Of a DNA stretch of 64,000 nt, positions 1 through 13,755 are shown one piece after another. The DNA is taken from assembly GCA_964016885.1 (NCBI GenBank), contig OZ024742.1:363692001-363756000 (forward strand), given 5' to 3'. Within the stretch, counting starts at the first letter, position 1; the number at the start of each line of letters is the position of its first letter. Below the pieces are notes generated by a model. The model did no database searches. It worked only from the letters and a program-made list of their open reading frames with translations, and was not told the origin of the DNA. This DNA is from Eledone cirrhosa (lineage: Eukaryota). Made by a program: the position numbers and the translations under genes.

Positions 1-956
1 CTCGACGTTACCCTCAATATGTCGAATGGCTTGCACTACCCGTATAGAAAGCCGAACGATACGCTTAATTATATAAGTAAGCATTCTAACCATCCTGCCA
101 GCATAACCGAGAACCTGGTAAGAAACGTTTCTTTGAGGCTTTCCCGTCTATCTACAAACGAGAATATTTTCACCGACCATTCCACATATTACAATGAAGC
201 TCTTGCTCGGAGTGGATTTGTCGATAAGGTAGCATATACAGAGTATGAGCATAGACCTAGGAAAAATAGATCCCGACGCATTATATGGTATAGTCCACCA
301 TAAAACATGGAGTTGGCCACACCATTAGCTAAGATCTTTCTCTCCCTTATTATGAAACATTTCCCCCCAGCACATAAAGATAGTAACATTTTTAATAGAA
401 ATACCATTACCATTTCTTACTCTACGACTCCTAACCTTGCACATAACATTAAAGCTTCATATTTAGCTAAATTACCTAGCCGTAGGAACACATGCAACCC
501 TGTAGCTAGTACTAACTGTAATTGTAGGAATCGGGTTGACTGCCCCCTATCCGGGAAATGCCTCTCTAGTAACATTGTCTACAAATGTAAGGTTGAAACA
601 TCCACGTCCCGTAGGGCCTACATAGGGTTAACCGCCAATAGATTCAAGCAGCGTCTTTACATGCATACACATTCTTTTCTTAACCCTTTAAGAATGAATA
701 TGACGTCACTTTCAGCTTATATCTGGAGTCTAAAAAACAACCACACCCAATATAAGTTACACTGGGAGATCCTAGCTTAGGCTAGATCGTATAACGAAAA
801 AAAAGACCATGTGACCTCTGCGCCGCTGAAGCCCTGGAAATACTCTACGCCAAAGACCACATCTTAAACAAAAGATCTGAGGCAATTTCGGCTCGTAAAT
901 ATGAATTGCACAAAACTTTCCTGTATTACAGCCCTATATTATACCCTAACGGATAG
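1..956 (+). pseudogene. Penelope-like retroelement ORF 3' part (RT C-terminus + GIY-YIG endonuclease), disrupted
   Basis: PYRKPNDTLNYISKHSNHP and YYNEALARSGF (Penelope-type RT C-terminus); CNCRNRVDCPLSGKC..NIVYKC..AYIGLT..FKQR (GIY-YIG); in-frame stops at 301-303 and 778-780. Confidence 0.9.
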
Positions 957-1596
957 TACGAACTATACGCGGGTATTTTACGTCTTGATGTGGTAGCTAA
1001 GTATATGTTACGTTTATACCATTACTTATTTGTATAGGTAAGTATATATTACCTGTATGTTTTGTGAAGGTACGTATACTTTCTCGTACGTATATTTGCT
1101 TGTAAGTGTTATAGGCGTATATATTATATTATATATATATTGGTACATGTGCATATGGTTATGTGTATACGTGAGTTTTGCGTCTGTGTGAGTATGCGGG
1201 TTCGTACGTATGTAGGGTGTGTGTATATGTGTACTTTGTGTTGGTTGACGTACATTTAGCGAACATATGTGTATTTACATGTAGGTATGTGGGTGGGTGC
1301 GTTATATATGTATTTATGTGTGTTTATATACGTTTATATAATTATATGTATACACACACACACATATATATATATTTATATGTATTTGGTATATACGTTC
1401 GTATGTGTGCGGATACAGGCGTTGCGTGGGTTCTCTATGTGCGTGCGTGTGTTTTTTTTTGCGTACGTGCTTGTATTTGCATACCCATGGCGAGTGTTTA
1501 CGCGTATGCATGTGTATGTACATATTTGGTGCATGTATATACTTAATTTTTGTTGATTTCGATTACCTCTGTAATTTATTTACATTATTCTTAACT

Positions 1597-2146
1597 CTGA
1601 AGCGGAGAATCATTCGATTTCCTAAATAGAATTTTAGTCTACGACTTCAGTTATACCATTTACGTGGATTTGTCTTTGCGTGTAATTTTTTCTCATCGCT
1701 CCACATACTGACGTATTATCTTCGTTGTTTCCGTTCATTACCAGAGAACGTCTCCACAAACCACCTAATAGAATATTAGTCTACGACTTCATTTATACCA
1801 TAAACGTGGTTTTGTCTGTGCGTGTAATTGTTTTCAACGTTCCAAATAATGACGTATTATCTTCGTTTTTTTTCCGTTCTTTGCCAGGGAACGTTTCCAC
1901 TAACCAAAGTATCGTCTTCCTGTCTTCCTTCGGTTGCAAAGTTTTTCGAAATATTTACTTTTGCGTTCACAGATTGATATTTTTAGTTTCAGAAGATCCC
2001 GTTAAGGGTGAAAGCAGCGATTCTTTGCTTAAACTTTAATCTGTTATTTCAATAAATATTTGCTCTACGGTTCTCATATATTTGATATATATTTATCCTT
2101 ATCAGGCCTTCTTTGGATTTTAGTCTTCAAATTTATTATTATTACT
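1597..2146 (+). mobile_element. Penelope-type 3' pseudo-LTR (family P1) with 141-bp internal duplication and HHR-like motif
   Basis: Lies downstream of the GIY-YIG ORF; same sequence recurs inverted at ~24010-24170, ~28780-28880 and ~47500-47866; AGTCTACGAC unit duplicated at 1637 and 1778. Confidence 0.75.
1985..2035 (+). ncRNA. Type-I hammerhead-like motif with variant core CAGAAGA
   Basis: AGTTT-CAGAAGA-TCCC gttaa GGGT-GAAA-GCA..TGC-TT-AAACT: stems I, II and III all pair; CUU triplet. Confidence 0.6.
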
Positions 2147-2160
2147 ATACATATATATTT

Positions 2161-2465
2161 CGTAAAGACCTGAAAATCCGCCTCTTCATTGCTGTAGTGG
2201 AGTCTGTGCTGCTGTACGGGTCTCAGACTTGGACACTGACCAAGAAACTCACTCAGATGGTGGATGGGTGCTACACGAGAAAGCTGAGGATGGCTCTGAA
2301 CACTAATCAGTATACACTGAAGATGAAAAACTCAGAGCTGTATGGGAGCCTCCCAAAAGTCAGCTTAAAAGTGACACAGAGGAGACTGAGGTTAGCTGGA
2401 CATGCTCACCCACATCCAGAGTTGACATTGCACTCAGCGCTCCTGTGGGAGCCCCTACATAGAGG
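2161..2465 (+). mobile_element. RTE-like non-LTR retrotransposon RT C-terminal fragment
   Basis: LFIAVVESVLLYGSQTWTLT..DGCYTRKLRMAL..QRRLRLAGH is typical of the RTE-type ORF2 C-terminus. Confidence 0.8.
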
Positions 2466-2620
2466 AGAGAGAGAGAGAGATGTAGAACATTGAAAGGTAA
2501 TATCCGTAGTGGTAGAGCACTCAGTCCATGGGACGAGTTAGGTAGAAGTGGTAATGAGCTGAGGATCCGCTAAGGTGAAACAATTGTTCACGGTATGGTG
2601 AACTAACTGTTGTGTTACCA

Positions 2621-2817
<197 letters not shown>

Positions 2818-3420
2818 AAAACTATAAAACAATGAAATTTCATAAAAAAACATTTCAGTTTGGGAAAATCTAATAATTTCTTTGAGAAAGGTTTTCTCTT
2901 CTTGATACAGAGGGACGCCCGGACTCGTGATGTTGTTTCCTTAACTGATTCGTTTGCCAGCTGAGTGGACTCGGAGCAATGTGATACAAAGTAAAATTTA
3001 AGTTTTGGTTAAGAATACATCACGGTAGTTATAATACAGATAAGATGTTACGATCGTGTAAAAAAACCTTCCACCACTAGGCCACGCTCCTTCACAACAA
3101 CCACGTGTAAAGTGACAAAATATTCTATCAATATAACTTCATAGTTCAATTGAGTTACATCTTGAGAAATACTTCGTTACTGTTTCTAACTGTGCCAGAA
3201 TGTTCTTGTAGGAGACATCAGAACTCTCAACAAAATAATTTACCTTAATTAGTTTACTCATTAACGGTCTTAAATGAAATTTACTGGGATCGATTTTAAT
3301 TTTAAAACCTCACGTTCGAAGAAAAGAATCGATTATTCTACGTATCGTAAGCAATTATTTCAATACAAAAATTAATATGAATATTTTGAGTGCAGTTGAG
3401 AGGGAAATGCGCGCCCCCAG

Positions 3421-3537
<117 letters not shown>

Positions 3538-5041
3538 CATACATACATATATACATATATACATACATACCGCGGTTATCTGCACTTTACGTCTATTAAA
3601 TTCTTCCAACAAGACGTTGGTTAACTGAAGAATATAACAGAAAACACTTGTCAAGGTGACGCTGGGTGGGATTGGGCCCTAACCTCGTGGTTTTGAAGCG
3701 AACTTCTTATCCTCACAGCCATGACAGTGGTAAAAATACCACGCACCGAAGAAGAAATCCTGGGTTAAAATAATTCAGTGAGTGAAAGGAAATTTAATTG
3801 ACCAAAATAAAACCAAAATGAGAACGGCGACATGGGGACCTCTCATATATTGTCTTGATGGTATAGTTGGACAAGATGGCGGAAGTATTGCCGTGAACAA
3901 CAACCAGAAATGGTAGCAGCTACATCAGGTATACTATTGCATGGATCAGTTATATACAGGTTTAAAACCTATACCAGGATTTGTTGGAGGAAAAAGGCAG
4001 TTAGGTGACAACTGAGAATTCAGGAAATAATGACCATATCTGGTATTTAAGTCTTAGTATTTCATTGAATTGTGTAGGCGGTGAATTCTCAGAGATGTTA
4101 GAATATCAGATGACATGTGTCACAATATTCGTCCTTGAGGTCTGAGTTCAAGGTCAATGTTGCCTTTCATCATTTTGATAAATATGTATGTATATATGTC
4201 TCCGAAACTCCCGATGGAGCCGTGGGTGTGCTGTTCTAACATACTGCGTTTCTGAGCCATTTATTAAACCTGGAGAAGCCCATCAATCCCCCGGTTTTAA
4301 CACCACCGATTTCTCCTTAAAAAAAAGAGAGAAAGTGTGTGCGGTAGAGAGGAAGTGAGAAAAAGATATTGTGGAAGACTCGTTCTAGACTGGGCCTTTT
4401 TTTATCGACCTCGAAATGATGAAAGTCAAAGTTTATTTCGGTTTGATTTCAACTCAGAGTGCAGAGAATCACAACGAATATCACAAAGCGTTCTACCTGA
4501 AGTTTGTCTCATTCCACCAATAAATAAAGGTTGATATATTAATTATGGGTCCAATATGGAGGTCCATTATTCCTCGATATCTCGTTTTCTTTCTCTCACT
4601 TTAATTTTATCCGAAAGAAACCTGAACCCTGTCGGATTTAAAATACCCTTGACATGCCGTATTTCACTCAGGCACCCCTATGACTCCACCAGGATTTAAG
4701 CCTCCATGCAAACTTGTAATATGTTATCCCTTAATAAACCCGGTGTTCAAATTTATTTTTTATGTTGGAGTAGCGCACTTCATTGTAGGCAACCGATTTC
4801 ATTAACTGTTTGAAAGTTACATCGATGTTCAATCTAGTAAAAATCTAATGTCGTTCTCAACAACTTAACATCATGAGATAAGTTTACAGCTTCTTAGGAA
4901 CCCAAGGGGTCTTTTGGAAATATATTTATATTGTTTATCATTTCACTCATATAGCTAATGGCTCACAAGAACTTACAGAATATCACAAATTTTCATTGCT
5001 GCACACTTGTAATCATTCGGGTTTTATGACTCGTTTTGGAT

Positions 5042-5125
<84 letters not shown>

Positions 5126-5811
5126 TATAGATATATGCATGCATGTGTGTGTATGGCTGTTGCTGTGTTAATGTGATAGCCAACAATCAGATATTAAAGA
5201 AGGATGTAAAGTAATAAGAATTCCATTGGATTATATAAAGAATATCGGCGTATATGTTGCTTCCTTTATATACGATACCACGCGGGGATTAAATGGTATA
5301 AAGAAGGTTTGTTAAGAGATAAAAGAACCAATATTATCGGTAAAAGACGACTGCCATCTTCAATTATCCTCTACCTTAAAATAGTAGCGAATTCTTAAGA
5401 TGGGTTTTTTCTCGCTTTTCTTCTTTAAATTCTTTTTTTTCTACTTTTAAAATTCAGAGCATATTTCTTAAAATTAGATCCAAACAATTTCTCAATGTAA
5501 TTTAAGCTGCTTTTCTGTGGATTCCACCTTGATTTGCTGAAGTGTTCTAGATCCTGTAATTCTTTATTTGCTACTTAATGCCAAACATCCACGAGTGTAT
5601 CGTTAAATTCCTTCTATGAGCATCAGCATTCAAAAGCAATTTCGGTTCATACATGTAAGTACATATACACCTCGTACATGTGATGTGTGTATGTGTGAGC
5701 CCATGCATGTATGTGTGTAAATATAAATACCCTTGTTGATTAAGTAAGCCTCTAAAATACGAAGACGTAAGTCCTTGTCAAACCAAATGTATATAATACA
5801 TATATGTTTGT

Positions 5812-5920
<109 letters not shown>

Positions 5921-6259
5921 TAGAATGCTTGTTTTTATATGTATATATGACATACATTTCTAGCGATTGAGAATTTCTTCGCAATATATTGGATACTTTA
6001 CTGGGGTCAAATTAATCATATAAATAAAATTTAATAGAAAAAGTAAAACAAAAAGATTGAGAAGAGAGAATGGAATGGAAAATAAGAAAATATAAAAGAA
6101 AAGGGGAAAAGGGAACACATTCACGTGCTTTTATATTTGATATTGTGGGACTGGGGCCTTCTTAAAGAAATTGGACAGAGTGAAACTATCTGCAAGATCA
6201 TCGGAGGAACTGTACCCGTAATATAGGAAGTTAACCTTGTCACACACTGCACCAAACTC

Positions 6260-6295
<36 letters not shown>

Positions 6296-6354
6296 CAATT
6301 CAAATGCGTCCAGACCTGGAGAAGGTTAGGTTTCACTAAATATCCAACGACTTT

Positions 6355-6788
6355 TGTCACGATGGAACTCCACGACTCAATAACGAGTTATTGGCCCATG
6401 ATTGCATGCTTACAGATACCTGCCAAGTGCCGACTATATAAAGGTCAGTATAAATAAAATCTCCACTAAGTGACAGATATATTATATTATTAGAGATATG
6501 GCCAGGGCAGCCTTCGGATCTGTTTTCTACTGTTTATTGTGTAACGGAATATCAGAGTCTTTGACTCTTATTAGGGTTTTACAGACCCACGTGAAGCAGA
6601 AAAGAACACATCCTGAAATCAATGACGGGGTCTGAATGCTTTATACAGAGTAGACACTGTTGAGAAAGTGAAGAGTCAGGTGCTGTCATTGAACCAAACA
6701 GCTGTTTACAACTAACATCCAAATATGTCATAGAGGGATTTGAACTCAAAATACAAATGTTGTAATGCATATCACAGACGTCGTGAAA
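6355..6788 (+). mobile_element. Possible degraded solo LTR
   Basis: Starts TGTCACGA, ends TCGTGAAA (near-inverted termini); internal CTATATAAAG; no clear TSD. Confidence 0.3.
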
Positions 6789-6841
6789 ATTGAAAAATAG
6801 ATTGAATCTATATACCTTATATTATATATAGCTTATATGGA

Positions 6842-7029
6842 GGCGGTGGATTGGCAGTATCGGTAGAGAGTCGGACGCCATGCTTTGCAGCAAAGAGTTA
6901 CGGCCCTTTATGGTCTGAGTTCATATCCCGCCAAGGTTAACTTTGCCTTTCATCCTTACGGGGTCGATAAAATAAAGTACCAGTAATGTACTGGTAATTG
7001 CTGGCCTTGTTCCAAAAGTAGAAACAATT
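6842..7029 (+). mobile_element. tRNA-derived SINE (~190 bp, family S1)
   Basis: A-box-like TGGCAGTATCGG, B-box-like GAGTTCA(A/T)ATCC, core GCCTTTCATCCTTACGGGGTCGATAAAATAAAGTACCAG; more than 10 dispersed copies in the window. Confidence 0.85.
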
Positions 7030-7195
7030 ATATATAGCTTATATTATATATAGCTTATATTGTATATATATTATATATAGCCTATATTATATATACCTTA
7101 TATTATATATATATACCTTATATTATATATAGCTTACCAGTAATGCACTGGGTAATTGCTGGTCTTGTGCCTAAAGTAGAAACAATTATATATAG

Positions 7196-7430
7196 TGTAG
7201 TAAGACGCCTCACGCTCCTTGATAGAACAACGCCGGTTGAGAACGCCAGAAAGAAAAGACAGACAGCCACTGGAAAGCCGACTGATCACACGCCAGAAAC
7301 CAGCCTCTGTACAACACCATTGTTTGTGCTACATCAAAAAATAAACGTATATTTCATCTCTAATTTCTGCTGTTGAAATAATTATTATGTCACTCGTATC
7401 TCGATAACATCTTTAACTAATACTGCTAAA
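7196..7430 (+). repeat. 5' LTR
   Basis: TGTAG...CTAAA; direct repeat of 12466-12700; internal AATAAA. Confidence 0.95.
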
Positions 7431-7431
7431 G

Positions 7432-7446
7432 TGGTGACCCCGACGT
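7432..7446 (+). promoter_or_regulatory. Primer-binding site complementary to the tRNA-Trp 3' end
   Basis: TGGTGACCCCGACGT, 1 nt after the LTR, is complementary to ..ACGUCGGGGUCACCA of eukaryotic tRNA-Trp. Confidence 0.85.
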
Positions 7447-8317
7447 AAGAATTTAACGTAACCCTTCTTTTTTATTCAGTTGAACTTTTATTGCCACGTT
7501 GCCGGCCTTTTTTCGCATCTTGCGAAAATAAAAAATATTCCTTTTAAAATTATCGAACAATTAGTAGTATTTCAAAAACTTTTTGCTACACTCGACAACA
7601 ACAACGACAGCAGCAGCAGCAGCGACAACATTGTTTAACCACCGACCAAAACAGGGAATAGTGAGTGGCAACTTCATAGCCTTACCGACGCAAACCACCA
7701 CACATCGGAAATATCAAAACGATTCATTCGTGTCGATAATTTAGAGCAACTTTTTTTTATTCACTTGAATATTTCATTTCCGTTGCCAACTTTTTCGCAA
7801 CTTATAGAAGAAAAAAGAAAAAAGTGTATTTTTCCAAGGTGGCGTTGCGTTCCTTCCCAGTTTTGTAACGGACACATTTTTTGAATTGCGTGTGTATTCC
7901 ATGACTGATCAAGAGAGAAGAGACTAAACTTTTTTTTGTGAACATAATTGCCCCGCATGGGGATATACATGCCTTACCTTTTTCTAAGGGATTTTTAGCC
8001 ACTGGCTACCTTTGTTGATATCCAACGCGGATATATTTAAAAAAAAAAAAAACATTTTTTTTTCCTCCTCTTTTTTACCTTATTTGATTTGGCTGGTTCT
8101 TTGAAGCAACGCGAGGGGACAGACGTTGAAGGAAAATTTTTTTTAAAAGATATATATCTGTATTTTATGTATTTTTCATATTTCCTTATGTTTTGAATGT
8201 CTGTTTCTTTTTACCCTTTAACTTTTTCTCAATATTGGCTGTTCTCTTTTCACTGTACAAGGGTACATTAATTGCTGTTTAGAAATATATGTATATATTT
8301 TTTTTATAAAAGTTAAC

Positions 8318-9079
8318 ATGAATGTGCCACATTTGCCCGCCTTTACTGGAAAACCTAAGATGTGGTTTGCCCAGTTACAGGCGTATTTTACGGTCTGTAA
8401 GACCGAATCTGACCAGCGCCTCGCTGTACTGATTAGCGGCCTTCCCCCTAATCTAGCAGATTCGGTCCAAGACCTAATTACAGACCCCCCCTCTGACTTG
8501 ACGTACGAGTTTTTGAAGGGCGAGATTTTGAGGAGGAATTGTAAGTAGAGAGTCGTTTTCGGTCACTGATCGAGGACGAACGATTAGGTGACAGGACCCC
8601 TACCGCTTTTCTCCGGCATTTGCGGGATTTGAGCGATTGCCAAGCTCAGGATAGCCCTTTCCTGAAGCAATTGTTCTTCTCTCGCCTACCTCAAGAGGTA
8701 CAGGCGATCCTAGCCCATATGCTAGAGGTGAATACCCTGGATCACATTGCTGTCTCTGCTGACAAAATTGTAGAGGTGACGAAGAGAGACACCTCGAAGC
8801 CAAAGTTCGTTGCTTCCTCAATCACGCTCATCAGCGTCTGATGACAAATTAATCACCACAATGGAAGCCATGACTAGTCAAATGGCGGAGTTGTGCAAGG
8901 AATTCAGGTCCTTTGGACGGCAGAGGAGCCGCTCACGACGTTATTCAACTTCTCGCCACCGTAGCCCTTCCAACACGCCAGGAACACCATATTGTTATTA
9001 CCATGAAAGATATGGTAAAAAAGCCGACCGTTGTAGGCCTCCTTGTGCTTACGAGGGAAAAGACGACCAGAGTCACTAA
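8318..9079 (+). pseudogene. gag: gag (frameshifted)
   Basis: Three consecutive ORF pieces in different frames (8318-8548, 8620-8841, 8810-9079); WFAQLQAYF, LKQLFFSRLP and C-terminal [18 protein letters not shown]. Confidence 0.85.
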
Positions 9080-12000
9080 CGGCGGATAGTGCGCTCTGCG
9101 AAACAACATCTAACCGCCACATTTTCATTGAGGACCTGCTGTCAGGTAGAGCTTTTCTGGTTGACACAGGTGCAGCTTGTTCCGTATGGCCTGTGTGTTG
9201 TATGAAGGAGACTCCCCCTGAGACGCCTATTGAGTTGCAGGCAGTAAATCGTTCGCCGATTCGAACTTTCGGACAAATCTCGTTACCTTTGCAGTTTCAT
9301 AATCTGCGGCGCGAGTTTAAATGGATATTTACTGTCGCTGCCTTGCCGTATCCGATTCTAGGCGCGGATTTTCTCCACCATTTTTCATTGACGGTGGACC
9401 TTCGTGGTAAACGCCTAATTGATGGCATCACGGGATTAACTGTTGTTGGCAAGGCAGCAGGAGTTCCCACGGTTAGCCCGACATTTTTTCTTGCTAACAC
9501 CGGTGATCTTTTCCATGCGTTGTTGAACTCGTTCCCGGAACTGACTCGGAGAAATTTTCGATTTGATGAACCAACTCATACCACGGAGCACTTCATATCT
9601 ACAACTGGTGCTCCCGTTTTCTCTCGTCCTCGTCGCTTGCCTCCGGACAAACTCAAAGCAGCACGATCAGAGTTTGATCATATGCTGCAAATGGGGATTA
9701 TTCGTCCGTCCACGAGCCCGTGGGCGTCCCCATTACACATGGTACCGAAAGCGAATGGCGATTGGAGACCTACTGGAGATTATCGACGCCTGAATTCGAT
9801 AACGGTACCGGACCGTTATCCGATCCCTCATCTGCAAGACTTTGCGTCTTCGTTGCAGGGATGCAAGATATTCTCCAAACTGGATTTAATTCGTGCGTAC
9901 CATCAAATTCCTGTCCATAAAAATGACATTCCAAAAACGGCTATAGTTACGCCATTTGGGTCGTTCGAGTTTTTTACTATGCCGTTCGGATTAAGGAATG
10001 TCGCTAGTACTTTTCAGCGGTTTATGGATGAGGTTACTCGTGGCCTCGATTTCGTCTATACCTATATTGACTAGTTCTTCTAGTTCATTGCTAGTTCTTC
10101 TCCAGAGCAGCATACGCACCATTTGAATCTTCTTTTCCGCCGATTGAAGGCTTATAACGTGCAGCTTAATGCACCCAAATGTGTTTTTGGTGCTGAGTCA
10201 CTGACTTTCTTGGGTCACGTCATCGATGCTGACGGTATTCGACCCCGGCCTGAGCGAGTTAAGGTCATGGAGGATTTGCCTCCACCGACCTCACTACGTC
10301 AGTTACGCCAGTTCTTAGGTCTGGTTAACTTTTATAGGCGTTTCGTGCCAAATTGTGCAAAATTTCTTTTCTCCCTGACAGAAATTTTGAAAAATTGTCG
10401 GAGGAAGAACAAAGATATTTCTTTGACAGACACTCAACTTGCTGATTTTCAGCACGCCCAAACTGTTTTGGCTAATGCTTCGTTACTGACTCACCCGGTA
10501 CCCGGTGCAAAGCTAACGCTTTGTGTTGATGCATCGGATATCGCTGTGGGCGCAGTACTACAGCAAAACATCAATGGTTACCAGCAACCGCTGGAGTTTT
10601 TTTCCAAAATGCTAAATCCTGCTGAGACGCGCTACAGCACCTTTGGAAGAGAGCTTTTAGCCATCTATTTGGCCGTGAAACATTTTTCACATGTGCTAGA
10701 GGGTAGACAATTTACTATCCTCACTGACCATAAACCATTGACTTTTGCTTTGAGAGGGAAGGCTGATAAATACTCGCCCAGAGAGACGAGACACCTTGAT
10801 TTCATCTCGCAATATACGAGTGATATCCAGCACATTCCGGGTTCACTAAATATAGCGGCCGATACTTTGTCCCGCTTACCCGTGACAGCGATTTCGTCAT
10901 CCTCTGACATAGATCTGACTCGTTTGGCTGCGGATCAGCCTCCCCTTGAGTCATTGGATGTCACATCGCCCGAGTTTGCGAATTGCGAGATGAAATACTT
11001 GCCTCTGTCGACTGCAGTTGGCCAAATTCTCTGCGACGTCTCTTTGGACGTGCCTAGGCCCTTCGTTCCAGAGAATCATCGTCGGACCGTGTTTCTGGGA
11101 TTACATTGTATCTCACATCCAGGATCTTCTGCCACAGCAAAGCTCATATCAGCTAGATTTTTCTGGCCAAATATGAGGCGTGAAATTGCTGCTTGGTGCC
11201 GTTCCTGCGTCGCTTGCCAGAGATCAAAGGTCCATCGACACGTCAAGGCTCCCCTGGGTACCTTTGCTAACCCAGATGCGCGTTTTTCACATATTCATAT
11301 TGACATAGTGGGACCTTGGCCTGTCAGCGATGGTTTTTCTTATCTACTTAGCGTCATTGACCGTTTTTCGAGATGGCCTGAGGCCATCCCCTTGAAAAAC
11401 ATCACCGCGGAGACAACAGCAAGTGCTCTTGTGTCTGGATGGATCTCTCGTTATGGAGTTCCATCCACAATAACTACCGACCGTGGACGACAGTTCGAGT
11501 CGAGCCTTTTCCTCGAGCTGTCAAAATTAATTGGTGCTAAACGCATTAGAACTACGGCGTACAATCCCGCTTCGAATGTTATGGTGGAGCGTTTTCACCG
11601 CCAACTGAATGGCCTCAATGGACTCGGCGCATTGGAGCGAGTACCTCCCTATTGTGCTACTAGGGATTCGGTCAACGGTGAAGGTCGACTTTGGATTTTC
11701 ACCGGCCGAAGTACTGTACGGTGCCCCTCTGACGTTGCCCGGGCAAATGCTTGCCTCTATCGATCTTGATGCCCAAGATCACGCTTCCTACGTGTCCCGT
11801 TTGCGCTCCTACTTCCAGGATTTGCCGCCAATGGACACTAGGAAACAAACTGTCAAGACTGCTGTCCCGAGGGATATTGCCTCGTGGACGTATGTCTTTG
11901 TAAGGAATGATACGGTGAAGCCCCCGCTCACACAGCCTTACACTGGACCTTACCGTGTCTTAGCGCGCTCGGCTAAGCATTTCACGTTAGATATTAAGGG

Positions 12001-12232
12001 GTCCAGGGAGACAGTTACAATAGACAGGCTTAAGCAGGCTCACCTTGACACGGACGCTGTGGTTCCTGATCCACGAACCCCTTCGTATTTGCCAGTTGAG
12101 CGAACGCCTGTTCCTGAACCACCATCATCGCCTGTCCCTACACCACCACCATCGCCACGTTACAAGACCACGACCCGTTCAGGTCGTAGGGTCCACTGGC
12201 CCAAACAATTTTGCAGCACCGTCTATATTTAG
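9043..12232 (+). pseudogene. pol: pol (protease, RT, RNase H, integrase), disrupted
   Basis: FLVDTGA (PR); [26 protein letters not shown] (RT); VDASD..RELLAIY..TDHKPL (RH); HPG..CVACQ, HIDIVGP, TDRGRQF, VERFHR (IN); PYTGPY (GPY/F); stop at 10072 and frameshift near 11610. Confidence 0.92.
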
Positions 12233-12465
12233 ACTATGTTAGCTGCACCTTTTTTTTGCCTCTGTGTTTCTGCTTTTTCTTTGCCTTGTTTTTTTTTTAT
12301 GCATGCATGTTGTTTTTTATTTCTCTAAACATTTTTCAAATCCTTATTCTGGATTCAATTTTTGGTAGAGCGAATAGCTCCCCCTTGTTGCATTGTTCGC
12401 CATCTTACTCCACATGTGAGTAATGACATCGATTTTCGATAATTTGAAAATCTGGCTCGAGGTAC

Positions 12466-12700
12466 TGTAGTAAGACGCCTCACGCTCCTTGATAGAACAA
12501 CGCCGGTTGAGAACGCCAGAAAGAAAAGACAGACAGCCACTGGAAAGCCGACTGATCACACGCCAGAAACCAGCCTCTGTACAACACCATTGTTTGTGCT
12601 ACATCAAAAAATAAACGTATATTTCATCTCTAATTTCTGCTGTTGAAATAATTATTATATCACTCGTATCTCGATAACATCTATAACTAATACTGCTAAA
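12466..12700 (+). repeat. 3' LTR
   Basis: Direct repeat of 7196-7430. Confidence 0.95.
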
Positions 12701-12710
12701 ATAGCTTATA

Positions 12711-12878
12711 TGGATTGGCAGTATCAGTAGAGGGTCGGACGCAATGCTTTGACGCAAAGAGTTACGGCCCTTTCATTTCTGAGTTCAAATCCCCCTGAGA
12801 TTAACTTTGCCTTTCATCCTTACGGGGTCAATAAAGTACCAGTAATTGCTGGCCTTGTGCCACAAGTAGAAACAATTA
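12711..12878 (+). mobile_element. SINE S1 copy (internal deletions)
   Basis: Similarity to 6842-7029. Confidence 0.8.
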
Positions 12879-13009
12879 TATATATAGCTGATATTATATA
12901 TACCTTATATTATATATACATTATATTATATATAGCTTATATTATATATAGCATATATTATATAATCCTTATATTATTTATAGCTTATATTATATATAGC
13001 TTATATGGA

Positions 13010-13200
13010 GGCGGTGGATTGGCAGTATCGGTAGAGGGTCGGGCGCCATGCTTTGCAGCAAAGAGTTACGGCCCTTTATGATCTGAGTTCAAATCCTGCC
13101 GAGGTTAACTTTGCCTTTCATCCTTACGGGGTCGATAAAATAAAGTACCAGTAATACACTGGTATAATTGCTAGCCTTGTGTCAAAAGTAGAAACAATTA
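13010..13200 (+). mobile_element. SINE S1 copy
   Basis: Near-identical to 6842-7029. Confidence 0.85.
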
Positions 13201-13755
13201 TATATAGCTTATATTGTATATACCTTATATTATATATAGTTTATATTATATATACCTTATATTATATATACCTTATATATATAACTTATAGTATATATAG
13301 CTTATATTATATATACCTAATATTATATATAGCTTATATTATATACACCTAATATTATATATAGCTTATATTGTATATACATTATACTCTATATACCTTA
13401 TATTATATATAGCTTATATTATATATAGTTTATATTATATATACCTTATATTGTATACATTATATTGTATATACATTATACTCTATAGAACTTATATTCT
13501 ATATACATTATATTGTATATACCTTATATTATATATATATTATATTATATATACCTTATATTATATATATATTATATTATATATACCTTATATTCTATGT
13601 ATCTTATATTCTATATATCTTATAATATATATATCTGTTATTATATATATCTTATATTCTATATACATTATACTCTATATACATTATACTCTATATACAT
13701 TATTTTCTATATAACTTATATTATATATACATTATATTCCATATATCTTATATAC
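13200..13755. repeat. ~16-bp AT-rich minisatellite TATATTATATATA(G/C)CT
   Basis: Tandem degenerate units; also at 7029-7135 and 12880-13005. Confidence 0.9.

Larger units (their letters stand above)
7196..12700 (+). mobile_element. Ty3/gypsy LTR retrotransposon, CsRn1-like lineage, near full length, inactivated
   Basis: Two 235-bp LTRs with 2 differences; ATAG target-site duplication (7192-7195, 12701-12704); tRNA-Trp PBS; CX2HX9CX3C Gag motif; PR-RT-RH-IN order. Confidence 0.95.

Noticed and set aside
6842-6935. tRNA gene
   Set aside because: It is the tRNA-derived head of a multi-copy SINE, without a complete cloverleaf
13200-13755. CRISPR-like array
   Set aside because: Spacer-less AT minisatellite in eukaryotic DNA, and no cas genes
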